A stretch of DNA of 64,000 bases from an uncultured Gemmatimonadaceae bacterium. GTDB taxonomy: Bacteria; Gemmatimonadota; Gemmatimonadetes; Gemmatimonadales; Gemmatimonadaceae. Positions 1 to 10,544 of this stretch are shown here, in pieces. The notes under the pieces are model-generated. The model made no database searches. It was not told the DNA's origin and saw nothing but the letters and a program-made list of their open reading frames with translations. Both the position numbers and the translations under genes were made by a program. Each line of letters begins with the position of its first letter. Positions within the stretch are counted from its first letter, which is position 1. Where the stretch lies: contig CAWAGQ010000004.1 in the NCBI GenBank assembly GCA_963781585.1, positions 128,001 through 192,000 of the forward strand. Reading direction: 5' to 3'.

Positions 1-282
1 GGGAATCGCGATCTTGAGCGCGGCCACGCCCAGGGAAAGCAGCGCGAAGAACCCGGCGATCAGCAGACCGCCCACCAGGAAGACCAGCAGGAACGGAAGG
101 CCGACCAGCGCGAGCACGATGAAGATCGGCAGGGCGAGAATCAGCAGGAGCAGGAGCATCGGAAGACCAATGGCTTTGAGGATGAACGCGATCGGAACGA
201 GCCAGGCGAGCGACCCGAGCGTGCGGAGCAGCACCTTGAACAGCGCGAGCTTCGCAATGAGGGACTTCAGGATGGTCCACAT
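1..282 (-). CDS. Hypothetical integral membrane protein (partial, runs off window start)
   Basis: Not in the ORF track. ATG at 282 preceded by GGAGG. Reads MWTILKSLIAKLALFKVLLRTLGSLAWLVPIAFILKAIGLPMLLLLLILALPIF..., very hydrophobic and open to the window edge. Confidence 0.75.
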   Translation of the reverse strand, partial: MWTILKSLIAKLALFKVLLRTLGSLAWLVPIAFILKAIGLPMLLLLLILALPIFIVLALVGLPFLLVFLVGGLLIAGFFALLSLGVAALKIAIP

Positions 283-509
283 GCCGGGTTCCTCCGGTTG
301 GTGCAGTCTGGAACCAATACGCGCGGGCGCCGGCGCGGGTTTCGTCGCCGGCATGGCTCGTGCAACGCAACGAGTGGTGCGGCGTCGCGTTCCGCCGCCC
401 GTCTGGCCTCGCCCGGGTGAGCCGTCGGTCGCCGCGACATTCCGGCGCTGACACGCGCCTGAGGAGACGTGTTTAGCTTTCGGGCTGCTCCACTCGGTAT
501 GATTGAGCC

Positions 510-2468
510 ATGGCACCTGCCGGAATCAAAGTAGGCCCGTCAGACCGGTTTCGCGCCGAGGCGCGCGGCACCAGTCGGGGCGCGCGCGCCACCACGATCC
601 AGCCGCTCACCCCCGAGGACGAGAAAAAGAAGATTCGCCGGGAGCGAATGGCCCGGGCCTGGGCCGAATCGCGCGACCTGATCTGGCGTCACCGCCGCTC
701 ACTCTCGATCGGCCTGGGGCTGATGTTGATCAGCCGTCTGGCGGGGCTGGTCCTCCCGGCCAGCTCGAAGTTTCTGATCGACAATGTGTTCACGAAGCAT
801 CAGGTGGAGCTGCTCGTCCCGATCGCAATGGCGTCGGGACTGGCGACCCTGATTCAGGCGGCGACGTCGTTCGCCCTGGCCAAGGTGGTGAGCATCACCG
901 CCCAGCGGGCCATCACGGACATGCGCATCGACGTACAGCGGCACGTGATGCGACTTCCCGTGTCGTTCTTCGACTCGACCAAGACCGGTGTCCTGATCTC
1001 GCGGGTGATGAGCGACGCCGAAGGGATCCGGAATCTCGTCGGCACCGGCATCGTGCAGCTGGTGGGAGGCTTCGTCACGGCGGGTCTGGCGCTGGCCGTC
1101 CTGTTCTATCTCAACTGGCACCTCACGACGATCACGATCGTGATGCTGGCGGCGTTCGGCGGAATGATGTCGGTGGCCTTCAAGCGGCTGCGGCCGATGT
1201 TCCACGAACGGAGCGTGATCAACGCCGAGGTCACGGGACGCCTGGGCGAATCAATCGGCGGCGTGCGGATCGTGAAGGTCTATACTGCCGAAGAGCGGGA
1301 GCAGAAGATCTTCACCGTCGGCGTGGAACGGTTGTTCGACAACGTGCGCCGGACGATCACCGGCACGTCGGCGGTAGGCGCCGGCACGACGGTCATCACC
1401 GGCGCGATCGGCGTACTGCTCACGATCGTGGGCGGGCGGTCGATCCTCGCCGGCCAGATGACGCTGGGATCGTTCGTGATGTACGTGTTCTTCATCGGCA
1501 TGGTCGCCGCGCCGCTGGTGGGCATCGCGTCCATCGGCACGCAGATCACCGAGGCGTTCGCCGGACTCGATCGCATCCGGGAACTGCGGGAGATGCACCG
1601 CGAGGACGCGGATGACGCGACCCGCGGTGCCGTCCCCGAGGTGGACGGCGACGTGGCCTTCGAACACGTGAGTTTCGAGTACGTGACGGATGTCCCCGTA
1701 CTGCGCGATGTCTCGTTTCGCGCGCCTGCCGGGTCCACCACCGCCCTCGTGGGGTCGAGCGGGGCGGGGAAGAGCACTCTCATCGGACTGGTGATGGCGT
1801 TCAGCCGCCCGCAATTGGGGCGCGTGCTGGTGGACGGGCGCGACCTGGCGGAGTTGCGGTTGCGAGAATACCGCCAGCACCTGGGCGTCGTCATGCAGGA
1901 CAATTTCCTGTTCGACGGCACGGTGCGGGAAAACATCGCCTACGCGCGTCCCGACGCCACCGACGATGACATCCGCCGCGTCGCGCGGATCGCCCACGTG
2001 GACGAGTTCGTGGAAAAGTGGGAGAAGCAGTACGACACGGTGGTGGGTGAACGCGGCGTGAAGCTGTCCGGCGGCCAGCGGCAGCGGGTAGCGATCGCGC
2101 GCGCGATTCTGGCCGATCCCCGCATCCTCATACTCGACGAAGCCACGTCGAGCCTGGACAGCGAGAGCGAGGCGCTGATTCGCGATGGCCTCCGCTCGCT
2201 ACGCCGCGGCCGGACCACGTTCGTCATCGCGCACCGCCTCTCCACCATCGAGAGTTCCGATCAGATCCTCGTGATGGAAGAAGGGCGGATCGTGGAGCGC
2301 GGGACCCATGCCGAATTGATGGACCTGGGAGGGCGGTACCGGGAACTGCACGACCGTCAGTACGGGATCGAGAGCGACATCTTCGTGAATCCGGGCGAGG
2401 ACTTCACCCCGGAACCGGAATCGACACACCCGACTGCGCCGACCACGCCTCCCAGCAGGTCGTTGTAG
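510..2468 (+). CDS. ABC transporter fused permease/ATP-binding protein (MsbA/ABCB-type exporter)
   Basis: N-terminal TM domain, Walker A GSSGAGKS, signature LSGGQRQR, Walker B ILILDE, H-loop IAHRLST. Confidence 0.95.
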   Translation: MAPAGIKVGPSDRFRAEARGTSRGARATTIQPLTPEDEKKKIRRERMARAWAESRDLIWRHRRSLSIGLGLMLISRLAGLVLPASSKFLIDNVFTKHQVELLVPIAMASGLATLIQAATSFALAKVVSITAQRAITDMRIDVQRHVMRLPVSFFDSTKTGVLISRVMSDAEGIRNLVGTGIVQLVGGFVTAGLALAVLFYLNWHLTTITIVMLAAFGGMMSVAFKRLRPMFHERSVINAEVTGRLGESIGGVRIVKVYTAEEREQKIFTVGVERLFDNVRRTITGTSAVGAGTTVITGAIGVLLTIVGGRSILAGQMTLGSFVMYVFFIGMVAAPLVGIASIGTQITEAFAGLDRIRELREMHREDADDATRGAVPEVDGDVAFEHVSFEYVTDVPVLRDVSFRAPAGSTTALVGSSGAGKSTLIGLVMAFSRPQLGRVLVDGRDLAELRLREYRQHLGVVMQDNFLFDGTVRENIAYARPDATDDDIRRVARIAHVDEFVEKWEKQYDTVVGERGVKLSGGQRQRVAIARAILADPRILILDEATSSLDSESEALIRDGLRSLRRGRTTFVIAHRLSTIESSDQILVMEEGRIVERGTHAELMDLGGRYRELHDRQYGIESDIFVNPGEDFTPEPESTHPTAPTTPPSRSL

Positions 2469-2524
2469 CGCCTCGCCTGCGCGGCGATTCGCCGGCGACG
2501 GTTCGGAATCGAACCGAATGTCGC

Positions 2525-2553
2525 TTGCCAATCGATCGAATTGGTGCCACAAT
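2525..2553 (+). promoter_or_regulatory. Putative sigma-70 promoter of the multicopper oxidase operon
   Basis: TTGCCA-17 bp-CACAAT. The imperfect palindrome CCAATCGATCGAATTGG overlaps the -35 box and spacer. Confidence 0.45.
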
Positions 2554-2723
2554 CGCGGGTTGGCTGACTCAGCAGGCGCGTCCGCCGTCCCGGCTTGTGA
2601 AGTTGGGCGCCGCCGACGCACCCGTTGGCCTCCTTCGACCTGCCGGCCCGGTTCTCGATCGATCCACTACGGATGCCCTCCATGTGGTTGCATCACCGCG
2701 CGCGATTTCTCCCGAATGCCGGT

Positions 2724-4193
2724 GTGAGCGACGGCGGGCACGGCCTGACGATCATCGCACGGCGCGCGACCCTGGTATCGGTTCTGGCGTGGTCCGGTTC
2801 GTTCGGCGGCGCCGGCGGTTCCGTCGGCTCGCACGCCACGATTATCCCGACCCGCCCGGCCGCGGCGCCTCTGGCCAATCCGCCGGTTCTCCAGAACCTC
2901 TCGCACGTTCCCGGCACGGTCGAGGTCACGCTGACCGCGGCTCCGGCGCGAATGACCCTGCGTCCAGGCGTAGCCACCGAGGTGTACGCGTACAACGGGC
3001 GCATTCCGGGGCCCACGCTCGAGGTGCACGAGGGCGATCACGTCGTCGTCCACTTCCATAACGAGCTTCCCGAGACCACAACTGTCCACTGGCATGGTGT
3101 CCATCTCCCGGCCGATCAGGATGGGAGTCCGTTTAATCCCGTGGCACCGGGCAAACAGCGCGACTACGTGTTCACAGTCAGCCCCGGAAGCGCCGGTACC
3201 TACTGGTACCATCCACATCCCGACGCTCACACCACCGCCCAGGTCGCGAAGGGACTCGTCGGCGCGCTGATCATCCGGGCGCCTGACGACCCGCTGCCGG
3301 CGTCGCTCACGGAAAAGATCCTCATCCTGACGGACAACCGATTTCGCCCCGACGGCCAGGTTGACCTTCCGGACCCCAGATCGCTGCAGGGTCAGATCGA
3401 TGACGAGAACGGGCGCGAAGGCAACGTCCTGTTCGTGAACGGTCAGGTGATGCCGACCCTCGTCATCCGGAGCGGAGAAACACAACGGTGGCGCATCATC
3501 AACGCTTCGGCCGCGCGGGTCTACCGATTGGCGATTCCCGGGCAGACGTTTCTGCAGGTCGGCAGCGACGGCGGGCTGTTCGAGCGGCCGGTAGACGTCA
3601 GGGAGATTCTGCTGGCCAATGCCGAGCGGGTCGAGGTGCTGGTGCGTGGCACCGGAAGGCCAGGGACCCGGACCAGGCTGCAGGACCTCCCTTATGATCG
3701 GTACGTCCCGCAGACGCGCCCGAAGGACTGGACGGTGACGCGCGATCTGTTGACGCTGCGGTACACGAATGCCACGCCGCTACAACCCGTTGCGATTCCG
3801 TCCACGCTGCGCCGCGTGCCCCCGCTCGACACGTTGAAGGCATCCACGACCCGGATCATCTCCATGACCCAGGGGCTGATCAATGGCAAGAAGATGGACA
3901 TGAACCGGGTCGATGTGCGCTCGCGCCTGGGCGTGACCGAGATCTGGCAGGTGGAGAACCTGGTGGGCATGGACCACCCGTTCCACCTGCATGGATTCCA
4001 GTTCCAGGTGATCAGCCGCAACGGGGTTCCCGAACCGTTCCGGAGCTGGAAGGACCTGGTGAACGTGCCCAAGCACGAGACCGTGCGGCTGATCGTGCGC
4101 TACACCGACTATGCCGGAAAATGGATGTTTCACTGCCACATCCTGAACCACGAGGACATGGGGATGATGGGCATTCTCGAACTCAAACCGTAA
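2724..4193 (+). CDS. Multicopper oxidase (CueO/laccase-like); start uncertain (frame open from 2625)
   Basis: Cu motifs HWHG, WYHPH, HPFHLHG and HCHILNHEDMGMM. Possible Tat-like ARRATL signal. Confidence 0.9.
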   Translation: MSDGGHGLTIIARRATLVSVLAWSGSFGGAGGSVGSHATIIPTRPAAAPLANPPVLQNLSHVPGTVEVTLTAAPARMTLRPGVATEVYAYNGRIPGPTLEVHEGDHVVVHFHNELPETTTVHWHGVHLPADQDGSPFNPVAPGKQRDYVFTVSPGSAGTYWYHPHPDAHTTAQVAKGLVGALIIRAPDDPLPASLTEKILILTDNRFRPDGQVDLPDPRSLQGQIDDENGREGNVLFVNGQVMPTLVIRSGETQRWRIINASAARVYRLAIPGQTFLQVGSDGGLFERPVDVREILLANAERVEVLVRGTGRPGTRTRLQDLPYDRYVPQTRPKDWTVTRDLLTLRYTNATPLQPVAIPSTLRRVPPLDTLKASTTRIISMTQGLINGKKMDMNRVDVRSRLGVTEIWQVENLVGMDHPFHLHGFQFQVISRNGVPEPFRSWKDLVNVPKHETVRLIVRYTDYAGKWMFHCHILNHEDMGMMGILELKP

Positions 4194-4207
4194 GAGGGGG
4201 TGCTGCG

Positions 4208-4861
4208 ATGCCGATGCCTGACAAGTCACTGCGGTTTCTGGGCGTACTCCTGGCGGGTGGCGTCATTGCCGCCTGCGCTCCATCGGGCGGCGGGGGAGCA
4301 GCGCCGGGCGGCGCGATGGCCGCCGGGACGGCGCAGGACACGATTCTCCGCGGGCGGCTGCTGGTTATCAGCCACGCGTGTGGCGACTGCCACGGCGGCT
4401 TCGACAATCCGGCGGCCCCGGGATGGCTCGACGGTCTGCGCGACACCCTCACCCAGCAGTTCAAGGTCGGGCCGTTCACAACCCGTGCGCGCAACCTGAC
4501 CCCCGATCCCACAACCGGCACCGGGCGGTACAGCGAACGCCAGATCTTCAACGCGCTGCGGTACGGGTTGCGGCCCAGTGAAACGCCGGACGTAGACATC
4601 ACCTCGGCGACACCCGGGCAGGGGAACTTCCCCGCCGCGCCGCACTATCTCGCGCCCCCCATGCCCTGGCCGGCCTGGCGCCACATGCCCGACGCGGACC
4701 TGTGGGCGATTGCGGCGTACATCAAGCGCGGGCTCAATCCGGTGAGTCACAAGGTGGAGGACAGCGAAGGGCCGCCGGACTTCTGGGCCGACACGTACCG
4801 GCAGATGATCGGCAGCAATCCACCGGCGGCGTTCCCGACCGCTAACGAGAAGATGCCGTAG
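4208..4861 (+). CDS. Monoheme c-type cytochrome, probable lipoprotein
   Basis: Lipobox-like VIAAC, heme motif CGDCH, NLTPD...G.G and PPMPW (distal Met) motifs. Confidence 0.8.
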   Translation: MPMPDKSLRFLGVLLAGGVIAACAPSGGGGAAPGGAMAAGTAQDTILRGRLLVISHACGDCHGGFDNPAAPGWLDGLRDTLTQQFKVGPFTTRARNLTPDPTTGTGRYSERQIFNALRYGLRPSETPDVDITSATPGQGNFPAAPHYLAPPMPWPAWRHMPDADLWAIAAYIKRGLNPVSHKVEDSEGPPDFWADTYRQMIGSNPPAAFPTANEKMP

Positions 4862-4948
4862 GTGCCGGACCACGCCGAGCGCGTTCGCATGATCCGTCCG
4901 GCGCTCGCATGATGGCGCTCGCGCCCCGTCGCGGCGCGAGCGTTCCTC

Positions 4949-6523
4949 ATGCTTGCGGCCGTGCGGTCTGCCGCCCTCCTCGGCATCGAGGCGTACCACG
5001 TCCTGGTGGAGGTCGACGTCGCGCCCGGCCTGCCGCACTGGACCATCGTGGGGCTCGCCGCCGGCGCGGTGAAGGAGAGCCGCGAGCGGGTGAGTGCCGC
5101 GGTACTGAATTCGGGGTTTCAGCTGCCGCCGCGCCGGGTCACGGTGAACCTCGCCCCGGCCGACGTCCGCAAGGATGGCACGGCCTTCGACCTCCCGATC
5201 GCGTTAGGCTTCCTGATCGGTACGGGACAGCTGCGGGCTGAGCTGCTCGGCAGGATGCTCGCGCTCGGGGAACTGGGTCTGGACGGCGCGCTGCGGCCAG
5301 TACGCGGCGTGCTGCCCGTAGCCCGGCTGCTCGCTCGTGAAAGCGGCGGTACACACAAGGTTGTGGGCTGTACGGCGGATCCCGAGGGAGCGGCGCTGCT
5401 CATTCCACCGCTCAACGTGCCGGAAGCTGCCCTGGTGTCGTCGCTGCGTCTCGGTGCCCCCGCGACGCTGGGCGAGCTTGTGCACGGCCTCCGGAACGGC
5501 GGCATCTCGGCGCCGATGGTACCCGAGCCGGTTCGCCCGTCATTGGCCGACACGCTCGACGTGGCTGACGTCGTTGACCAGGAGGTCGCCAAACGGGCGC
5601 TGGAAATCGCCGCGGCCGGCGGTCACGCGCTCCTCATGATCGGTCCGCCCGGCGCGGGGAAGACGATGCTGGCGCGCCGGCTTCCCACGATCCTCCCGTC
5701 GTTGTCCGAGGAAGAAGCGCTCGAAGTGATCGCCATCCACTCCGTAGCAGGACTCATCCCGCCCGGTGAGCTGCCAGTCGGTCAGCGTCCGTTTCGCGCT
5801 CCGCACCACTCCCTGTCGAGCGCGGCGCTGATCGGTGGCGGGAGCTCCCCGCGGCCGGGAGAAGTGAGTCTGGCGCACCACGGCGTGCTCTTTCTGGATG
5901 AAATGCAGGAAATGCCACGTGCGGTGCTGGACGCACTCCGGCAACCGCTCGAAGAGGGACGCGTGGTGATTTCGAGAGCGCTGTCTTCGGTCGCCTATCC
6001 GGCGCGATTCACCCTGCTTGGGGCGATGAACCCCTGTCCGTGTGGTCGCAGTGGTGAGCCCGGCGCGAGCTGCTCGTGCTCCGCCAGCGACATCCAGCGC
6101 CACCGGGCCCGCATTTCCGGCCCGCTGGCCGATCGCATCGACATGACGGTCTACGTCCCGGCGGTAGCCGTACGCGCATTGGCGGACACGCGTCCCGCCG
6201 AACGCTCGGCGGTGATTCGCGACCGCGTGGAGATGGCGCGCGCGCGCCAGCTCGTGCGCTACGCCCGATTCGCCGCGGTGCGATGCAACGCGCATGTCCA
6301 CGGGCGCTGGCTCGACGTACATGGGAAGATCGACGCCGACGCCCGCGAACTGCTGGCCACTGCCGCCGAACGGCTGCGGCTTACCGCGCGCGGCTATCAT
6401 CGGGTGCTCAAGGTGGCGCAAACGATCTGTGACCTGGACGGCGACGCGGGGATCGCGAAACGGCAGGTAGCCGAGGCGCTGCACTTCCGGACCGCAGAAA
6501 CCTTCCGCCCTGAATCCGGGTGA
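4949..6523 (+). CDS. comM: YifB/ComM family Mg-chelatase-like AAA+ ATPase
   Basis: VNLAPADVRKDG, GPPGAGKT, RPFRAPHH, PGEVSLAHHGVLFLDE, AMNPCPCG. Confidence 0.93.
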   Translation: MLAAVRSAALLGIEAYHVLVEVDVAPGLPHWTIVGLAAGAVKESRERVSAAVLNSGFQLPPRRVTVNLAPADVRKDGTAFDLPIALGFLIGTGQLRAELLGRMLALGELGLDGALRPVRGVLPVARLLARESGGTHKVVGCTADPEGAALLIPPLNVPEAALVSSLRLGAPATLGELVHGLRNGGISAPMVPEPVRPSLADTLDVADVVDQEVAKRALEIAAAGGHALLMIGPPGAGKTMLARRLPTILPSLSEEEALEVIAIHSVAGLIPPGELPVGQRPFRAPHHSLSSAALIGGGSSPRPGEVSLAHHGVLFLDEMQEMPRAVLDALRQPLEEGRVVISRALSSVAYPARFTLLGAMNPCPCGRSGEPGASCSCSASDIQRHRARISGPLADRIDMTVYVPAVAVRALADTRPAERSAVIRDRVEMARARQLVRYARFAAVRCNAHVHGRWLDVHGKIDADARELLATAAERLRLTARGYHRVLKVAQTICDLDGDAGIAKRQVAEALHFRTAETFRPESG

Positions 6524-6626
6524 TGGTTACCTCGTGCCAGATCACGCCATGCCGCTCCTCCGGCACCCAGCGCACATGTTCGGGTCGCGGCTGCCTCGGG
6601 GTCGCGCGCCGTCGTAGTTTTCGTCC

Positions 6627-7916
6627 GTGACCGCCGCCCTGGAACGCCACTTCGATTCCGACCCGCGCACTGCCGACGAACATGGGCTCCTCGCCTGGTT
6701 CCGGAACGCCGGTTCGGTGCTCATCGGTTTCAGCGGGGGCGTGGACTCTGCGTATCTCGCCTGCGTCGCTGTCGAGGCGCTCGGCCCGGAACACGTCCTG
6801 GCGGTCATCGGTCGGAGTACGTCGTATCCAGAAGAGCAGTGGAGCCGGGCCCTCGGCGTGGCGCGCCATGTCGGTATCCCCGTGCTCGAAGTGGATACCG
6901 ATGAGATCAGCGACCCTCGTTACGCTGCGAATTCCCCGAATCGATGCTACTTCTGCAAGACCGAGCTCTGGTCGCGGCTCGTGCCGATCGCCCGTGCACG
7001 TGGACTCGCCGTGGTGGTGGACGGGACCAACGCCGATGATGTGGCGGACTACCGCCCCGGACGGCAGGCCGCGGAAGAACGAGGCATCCGGTCGCCTCTC
7101 GCGGAGCTGGGGTTTGGCAAGGAGGAGATCAGACGCCTGTCCGCGGCCCGAGGGCTCCCCACGTGGTCCGCGCCCTCGTCGCCGTGTCTCTCGTCGCGGC
7201 TTCCCTACGGACTGGCAGTGACGCCCGAGAGATTGCGTCAGGTGGAGCGCGCCGAGGCGGCGCTGCGGACGCTGGGCGTGACGGGAAACCTGCGCGTCCG
7301 GCACCATGGCGATCTCGCCCGCGTGGAGCTCGACGACGCCGAACTTTCCGGCCGGTTGTCCCGCGAAGGACTGCAGACGCTGCGCGAGGCTGTCGCCGGC
7401 GCGGGATTCGCGCGCGTGACGGTGGAACTGGGTGGATTCCGGAGCGGATCACTCAACCTGCTCGAGGGGATTCACGCGTCGCCGGCGAGTGCCGCGCCCA
7501 CCGATCCTGCGGGAATCGACGACCGCTCCGCGAGTGTCCGGCGACACGTTACTTCGTCTCTCGGCAGTCCCTCTTCAGGTCCCGAACATCCCGGAGCGCA
7601 GCCTCCGCACGATGCCGGGCCGTTCGAGGCCTCGCCGTCGAGCGGCAGCGCGAGCAGGTTGGCGAGTGCGCTGCATCTGCGCGGCTACACCTGCACGGTG
7701 GAAGGTCGCGACCGCCTGGCCGTGGTGACATCGGGGCCCGCTTCGCTCGAAGGCGACCTCGCGGGATTTCGGAACTCGGCAATTGGGCTCGCCCGCGAAT
7801 TTCGCTTCACCCATATCGCGCTCGAGATCCCCGATCGCGGCGCGATTCGGGCCGCAGCAGAAGAGTCACGAGAATCCGGGCAGAACTCCGCCGGTGCGGC
7901 TGTTCCTGGCGATTAA
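6627..7916 (+). CDS. larE: LarE-family PP-loop sulfur transferase with extra C-terminal domain
   Basis: SGGVDS PP-loop, NRCYFCK, DGTNADD..DYRPG, PCLSSR, LRVRHHG, GFRSGSLN. Confidence 0.88.
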   Translation: MTAALERHFDSDPRTADEHGLLAWFRNAGSVLIGFSGGVDSAYLACVAVEALGPEHVLAVIGRSTSYPEEQWSRALGVARHVGIPVLEVDTDEISDPRYAANSPNRCYFCKTELWSRLVPIARARGLAVVVDGTNADDVADYRPGRQAAEERGIRSPLAELGFGKEEIRRLSAARGLPTWSAPSSPCLSSRLPYGLAVTPERLRQVERAEAALRTLGVTGNLRVRHHGDLARVELDDAELSGRLSREGLQTLREAVAGAGFARVTVELGGFRSGSLNLLEGIHASPASAAPTDPAGIDDRSASVRRHVTSSLGSPSSGPEHPGAQPPHDAGPFEASPSSGSASRLASALHLRGYTCTVEGRDRLAVVTSGPASLEGDLAGFRNSAIGLAREFRFTHIALEIPDRGAIRAAAEESRESGQNSAGAAVPGD

Positions 7917-8460
7917 CCTTCCCCCAGCGCTGCGCTCGCGCATCCACCGTGGGTGCGAACCGCTCAGGCTGGCGGCCCCGCAGGTATCCTGGATCCGTTC
8001 CGAACTCCTGCATTTCACGGTCAAGTTCCTCGGCGACGTGGCGGATCATCGGCTCGCCGAGCTGCGCCGAGGTCTTGCGGCCGCGGCGTCGGAGCACCGG
8101 CCCTTCAGACTGCTCCTGGCAGACGCGGGCGCCTTCCCGAACTTTCGTCGTCCGCGGGTGGTATGGATCGGCGTGAGAGATCAGAGGCCTGTGAACGCCC
8201 TCGCCGAAGATGTCGAGCAGGCATGCGACCTGCTCGGCTTTGCGCGCGATGCTCGATCGTTCAGCGCTCACCTTACGCTGGGCCGTGTGAAGCGTGAGCT
8301 GCCGCCGGGCGTGGCCGGCACACTGGCACAAGCGGCCGGCGCAACGCATAACGAGTATGATGTGGATGTACATTCCCTCGACCTTATGAGGAGCGATCTG
8401 CTGCCGAACGGCCCCCGCTACACCACGTTGGCGTCGCTCCCCCTGGCTGCGCCTGCGTGA
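7894..8460 (+). CDS. thpR: RNA 2',3'-cyclic phosphodiesterase (2H family)
   Basis: GTG start gives VRLFLAI. Two HxT motifs (HFTVKF, HLTLGR) and GAFP...PRVVWIG. Confidence 0.9.
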   Translation: MRLFLAINLPPALRSRIHRGCEPLRLAAPQVSWIRSELLHFTVKFLGDVADHRLAELRRGLAAAASEHRPFRLLLADAGAFPNFRRPRVVWIGVRDQRPVNALAEDVEQACDLLGFARDARSFSAHLTLGRVKRELPPGVAGTLAQAAGATHNEYDVDVHSLDLMRSDLLPNGPRYTTLASLPLAAPA

Positions 8461-8532
8461 GCCTCCAGCGACAGCGGCACCTCCGGTGCCGCTGTCGAAA
8501 CGCCAAGGCACGCTGTACCGTACTCATTCAAC

Positions 8533-9183
8533 ATGCTCGGGTGTCTTCGACGCGTCGGCTGTCTGATCCTGCTGTTCATCGGCATCGCTGTCGCCCTGTG
8601 GCTGACCCGCGACCGGTGGCGGTCGCGCATCTTCGGCGAACGCGCGGCCCCGGCAGTGCAGTGGCACGCGGTCACCGACTCGGGTGCAGACCGCGCGCGG
8701 CAGGCGGTGAGTTCGCTGGGAGGAAAGGCAGGGCCGGTGTTCTCCAATCTCACTCCGGAGGAGCTTGGCGCCCTCCTCCTCGCCCAGTCCGGTTCGCGGA
8801 TCCGGTCGGCGATCAGCGATCCCGAGGTGGCGATCGACGGCAACGAGATCCTCCTGCGGGCGAACGTGCAGCTCGACGACATCGGCGACATCGGGGACCT
8901 TGGGCCGCTTGCGGGGATGCTCAAGCGGCGCGAGACCTTCGAAGCGCGAGGCACCCTCGACATCGTTCATCCGGGGCTCGCCGAGTACCGCGTGGAGTCG
9001 GCCAGGATGGGAGAGCTGGCGATTCCGCGCGCCGCCATCCCCAGGTTGGTGGCGCACGTGTGGCGCGGTGCGGAACGCCCCGAGGGAGCATCTGACAACG
9101 GGATCCCGTTCCCCGTTCCGAACTATATCGGTGACGTGAGGGTGGCACGCGGCCGTGTCACCCTGTACAAGAACGTCCAATGA
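8533..9183 (+). CDS. Hypothetical protein with N-terminal membrane anchor
   Basis: 216 aa ORF with GC3-rich codons and one TM helix. Stop overlaps the next ATG (ATGA). Confidence 0.75.
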   Translation: MLGCLRRVGCLILLFIGIAVALWLTRDRWRSRIFGERAAPAVQWHAVTDSGADRARQAVSSLGGKAGPVFSNLTPEELGALLLAQSGSRIRSAISDPEVAIDGNEILLRANVQLDDIGDIGDLGPLAGMLKRRETFEARGTLDIVHPGLAEYRVESARMGELAIPRAAIPRLVAHVWRGAERPEGASDNGIPFPVPNYIGDVRVARGRVTLYKNVQ

Positions 9184-10544
9184 GCCATCGCATTCTGATC
9201 GTCGACGACGAACAGGGGGTGCGCGCGGCCCTGGGGCAGCTGCTGGAATACGAGGGATATGAGGTGCGCGCCGAATCGAGCGGCGTCCAGGGGCTCGCCC
9301 TCTACGAGAAGTGGCGACCGCAACTTGTCTTTCTCGATGTGAAGATGGCCGGGATGGATGGGCTGGAGGTGCTGCGGCGGATCAAGCAACTGGACCCGGC
9401 CGCCAGCGTGGTCATGATCAGCGGGCACGCGACCATCCAGACGGCGGTCGAAGCCACCCAGCTCGGTGCGTACGACATCCTCGAAAAGCCGCTCGACACC
9501 GACCGGATTCTCGTCCTGCTCCGCAACGCGCTCCAGCACCTCACGCTGCAGGAGGAGAACACCCGGCTGCGTGAGTCGATCGAGTCGCGGTACGAGATCG
9601 TCGGCAAGTCGTACGCGATCCGCGCGCTCACCGGCCAGCTGGAGAAGATCGCCGTGACGCCGGCACGGGTGCTCATCAGCGGAGAGAACGGGACCGGAAA
9701 GGAGCTGGTGGCGCGCGCCATCCACCGGCTGTCTTCGCGCGCAGCGAAGCCATTCGTGGAGGTGAATTGCGCCGCTATTCCGTCGGAGCTGATCGAGAGC
9801 GAGCTGTTCGGCCACGTTAAGGGATCGTTCACCGGCGCGGTGAACGATCGTGCGGGCAAGTTCGAGCAGGCGGACAAGGGGACCCTCTTCCTGGACGAGG
9901 TAGGCGATATGAGCCTGGCCGCACAGGCGAAGGTCCTGCGGGTCCTTCAGGACGGCGAGGTGACGCGCATCGGCGGCAGCCGACGGGTCCGGGTGGATGT
10001 TCGTGTGATCTCGGCCACGAACAAGAATCTCGAGGAGGAAATCGCCGCCGGCCGTTTCCGGGAGGACCTGTACTACCGGTTGAACGTCGTCCCGCTGCAC
10101 GTCCCGCCACTGCGTGACCGTCGAGAGGACATCCCCCTTTTGGCGCAGTATTTCGTGAACCAGCTCGGTCGCGCGGAAGGCGCGGCCGCGCGGACCCTGG
10201 ACTCGGGCGCAGTGGAGGCGCTTTCGTCGCTCGACTGGGCCGGCAACGTCCGCGAGCTGCGCAACACGATCGAGCGTCTGCTGATACTGGGGTCGGGGAC
10301 CCGGATCACGGCGTCCGACGTCGCGCGACTGACCGGGCCGCGCACGCCCGATGCGTCGGGGTTGGGGTCGCTGCTGGAGTGTCGCACCTACGACGACTTC
10401 AAGCACGCCGCAGAGCGAGCGTTCCTCCTGCACAAACTGCGCGAGTTCGACTGGAACGTGAGCGAGACGGCACGCGTGCTCGAGATGCCGCGATCCAACC
10501 TCTACAAGAAGATCGAACGCTACGGACTAACGAGGGAATCGTGA
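9180..10544 (+). CDS. Sigma-54-dependent response regulator (NtrC/NtrX family)
   Basis: Receiver domain (ILIVDDE, FLDVKM), [14 protein letters not shown] loop, WAGNVREL, C-terminal Fis HTH. Confidence 0.95.
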   Translation: MSHRILIVDDEQGVRAALGQLLEYEGYEVRAESSGVQGLALYEKWRPQLVFLDVKMAGMDGLEVLRRIKQLDPAASVVMISGHATIQTAVEATQLGAYDILEKPLDTDRILVLLRNALQHLTLQEENTRLRESIESRYEIVGKSYAIRALTGQLEKIAVTPARVLISGENGTGKELVARAIHRLSSRAAKPFVEVNCAAIPSELIESELFGHVKGSFTGAVNDRAGKFEQADKGTLFLDEVGDMSLAAQAKVLRVLQDGEVTRIGGSRRVRVDVRVISATNKNLEEEIAAGRFREDLYYRLNVVPLHVPPLRDRREDIPLLAQYFVNQLGRAEGAAARTLDSGAVEALSSLDWAGNVRELRNTIERLLILGSGTRITASDVARLTGPRTPDASGLGSLLECRTYDDFKHAAERAFLLHKLREFDWNVSETARVLEMPRSNLYKKIERYGLTRES

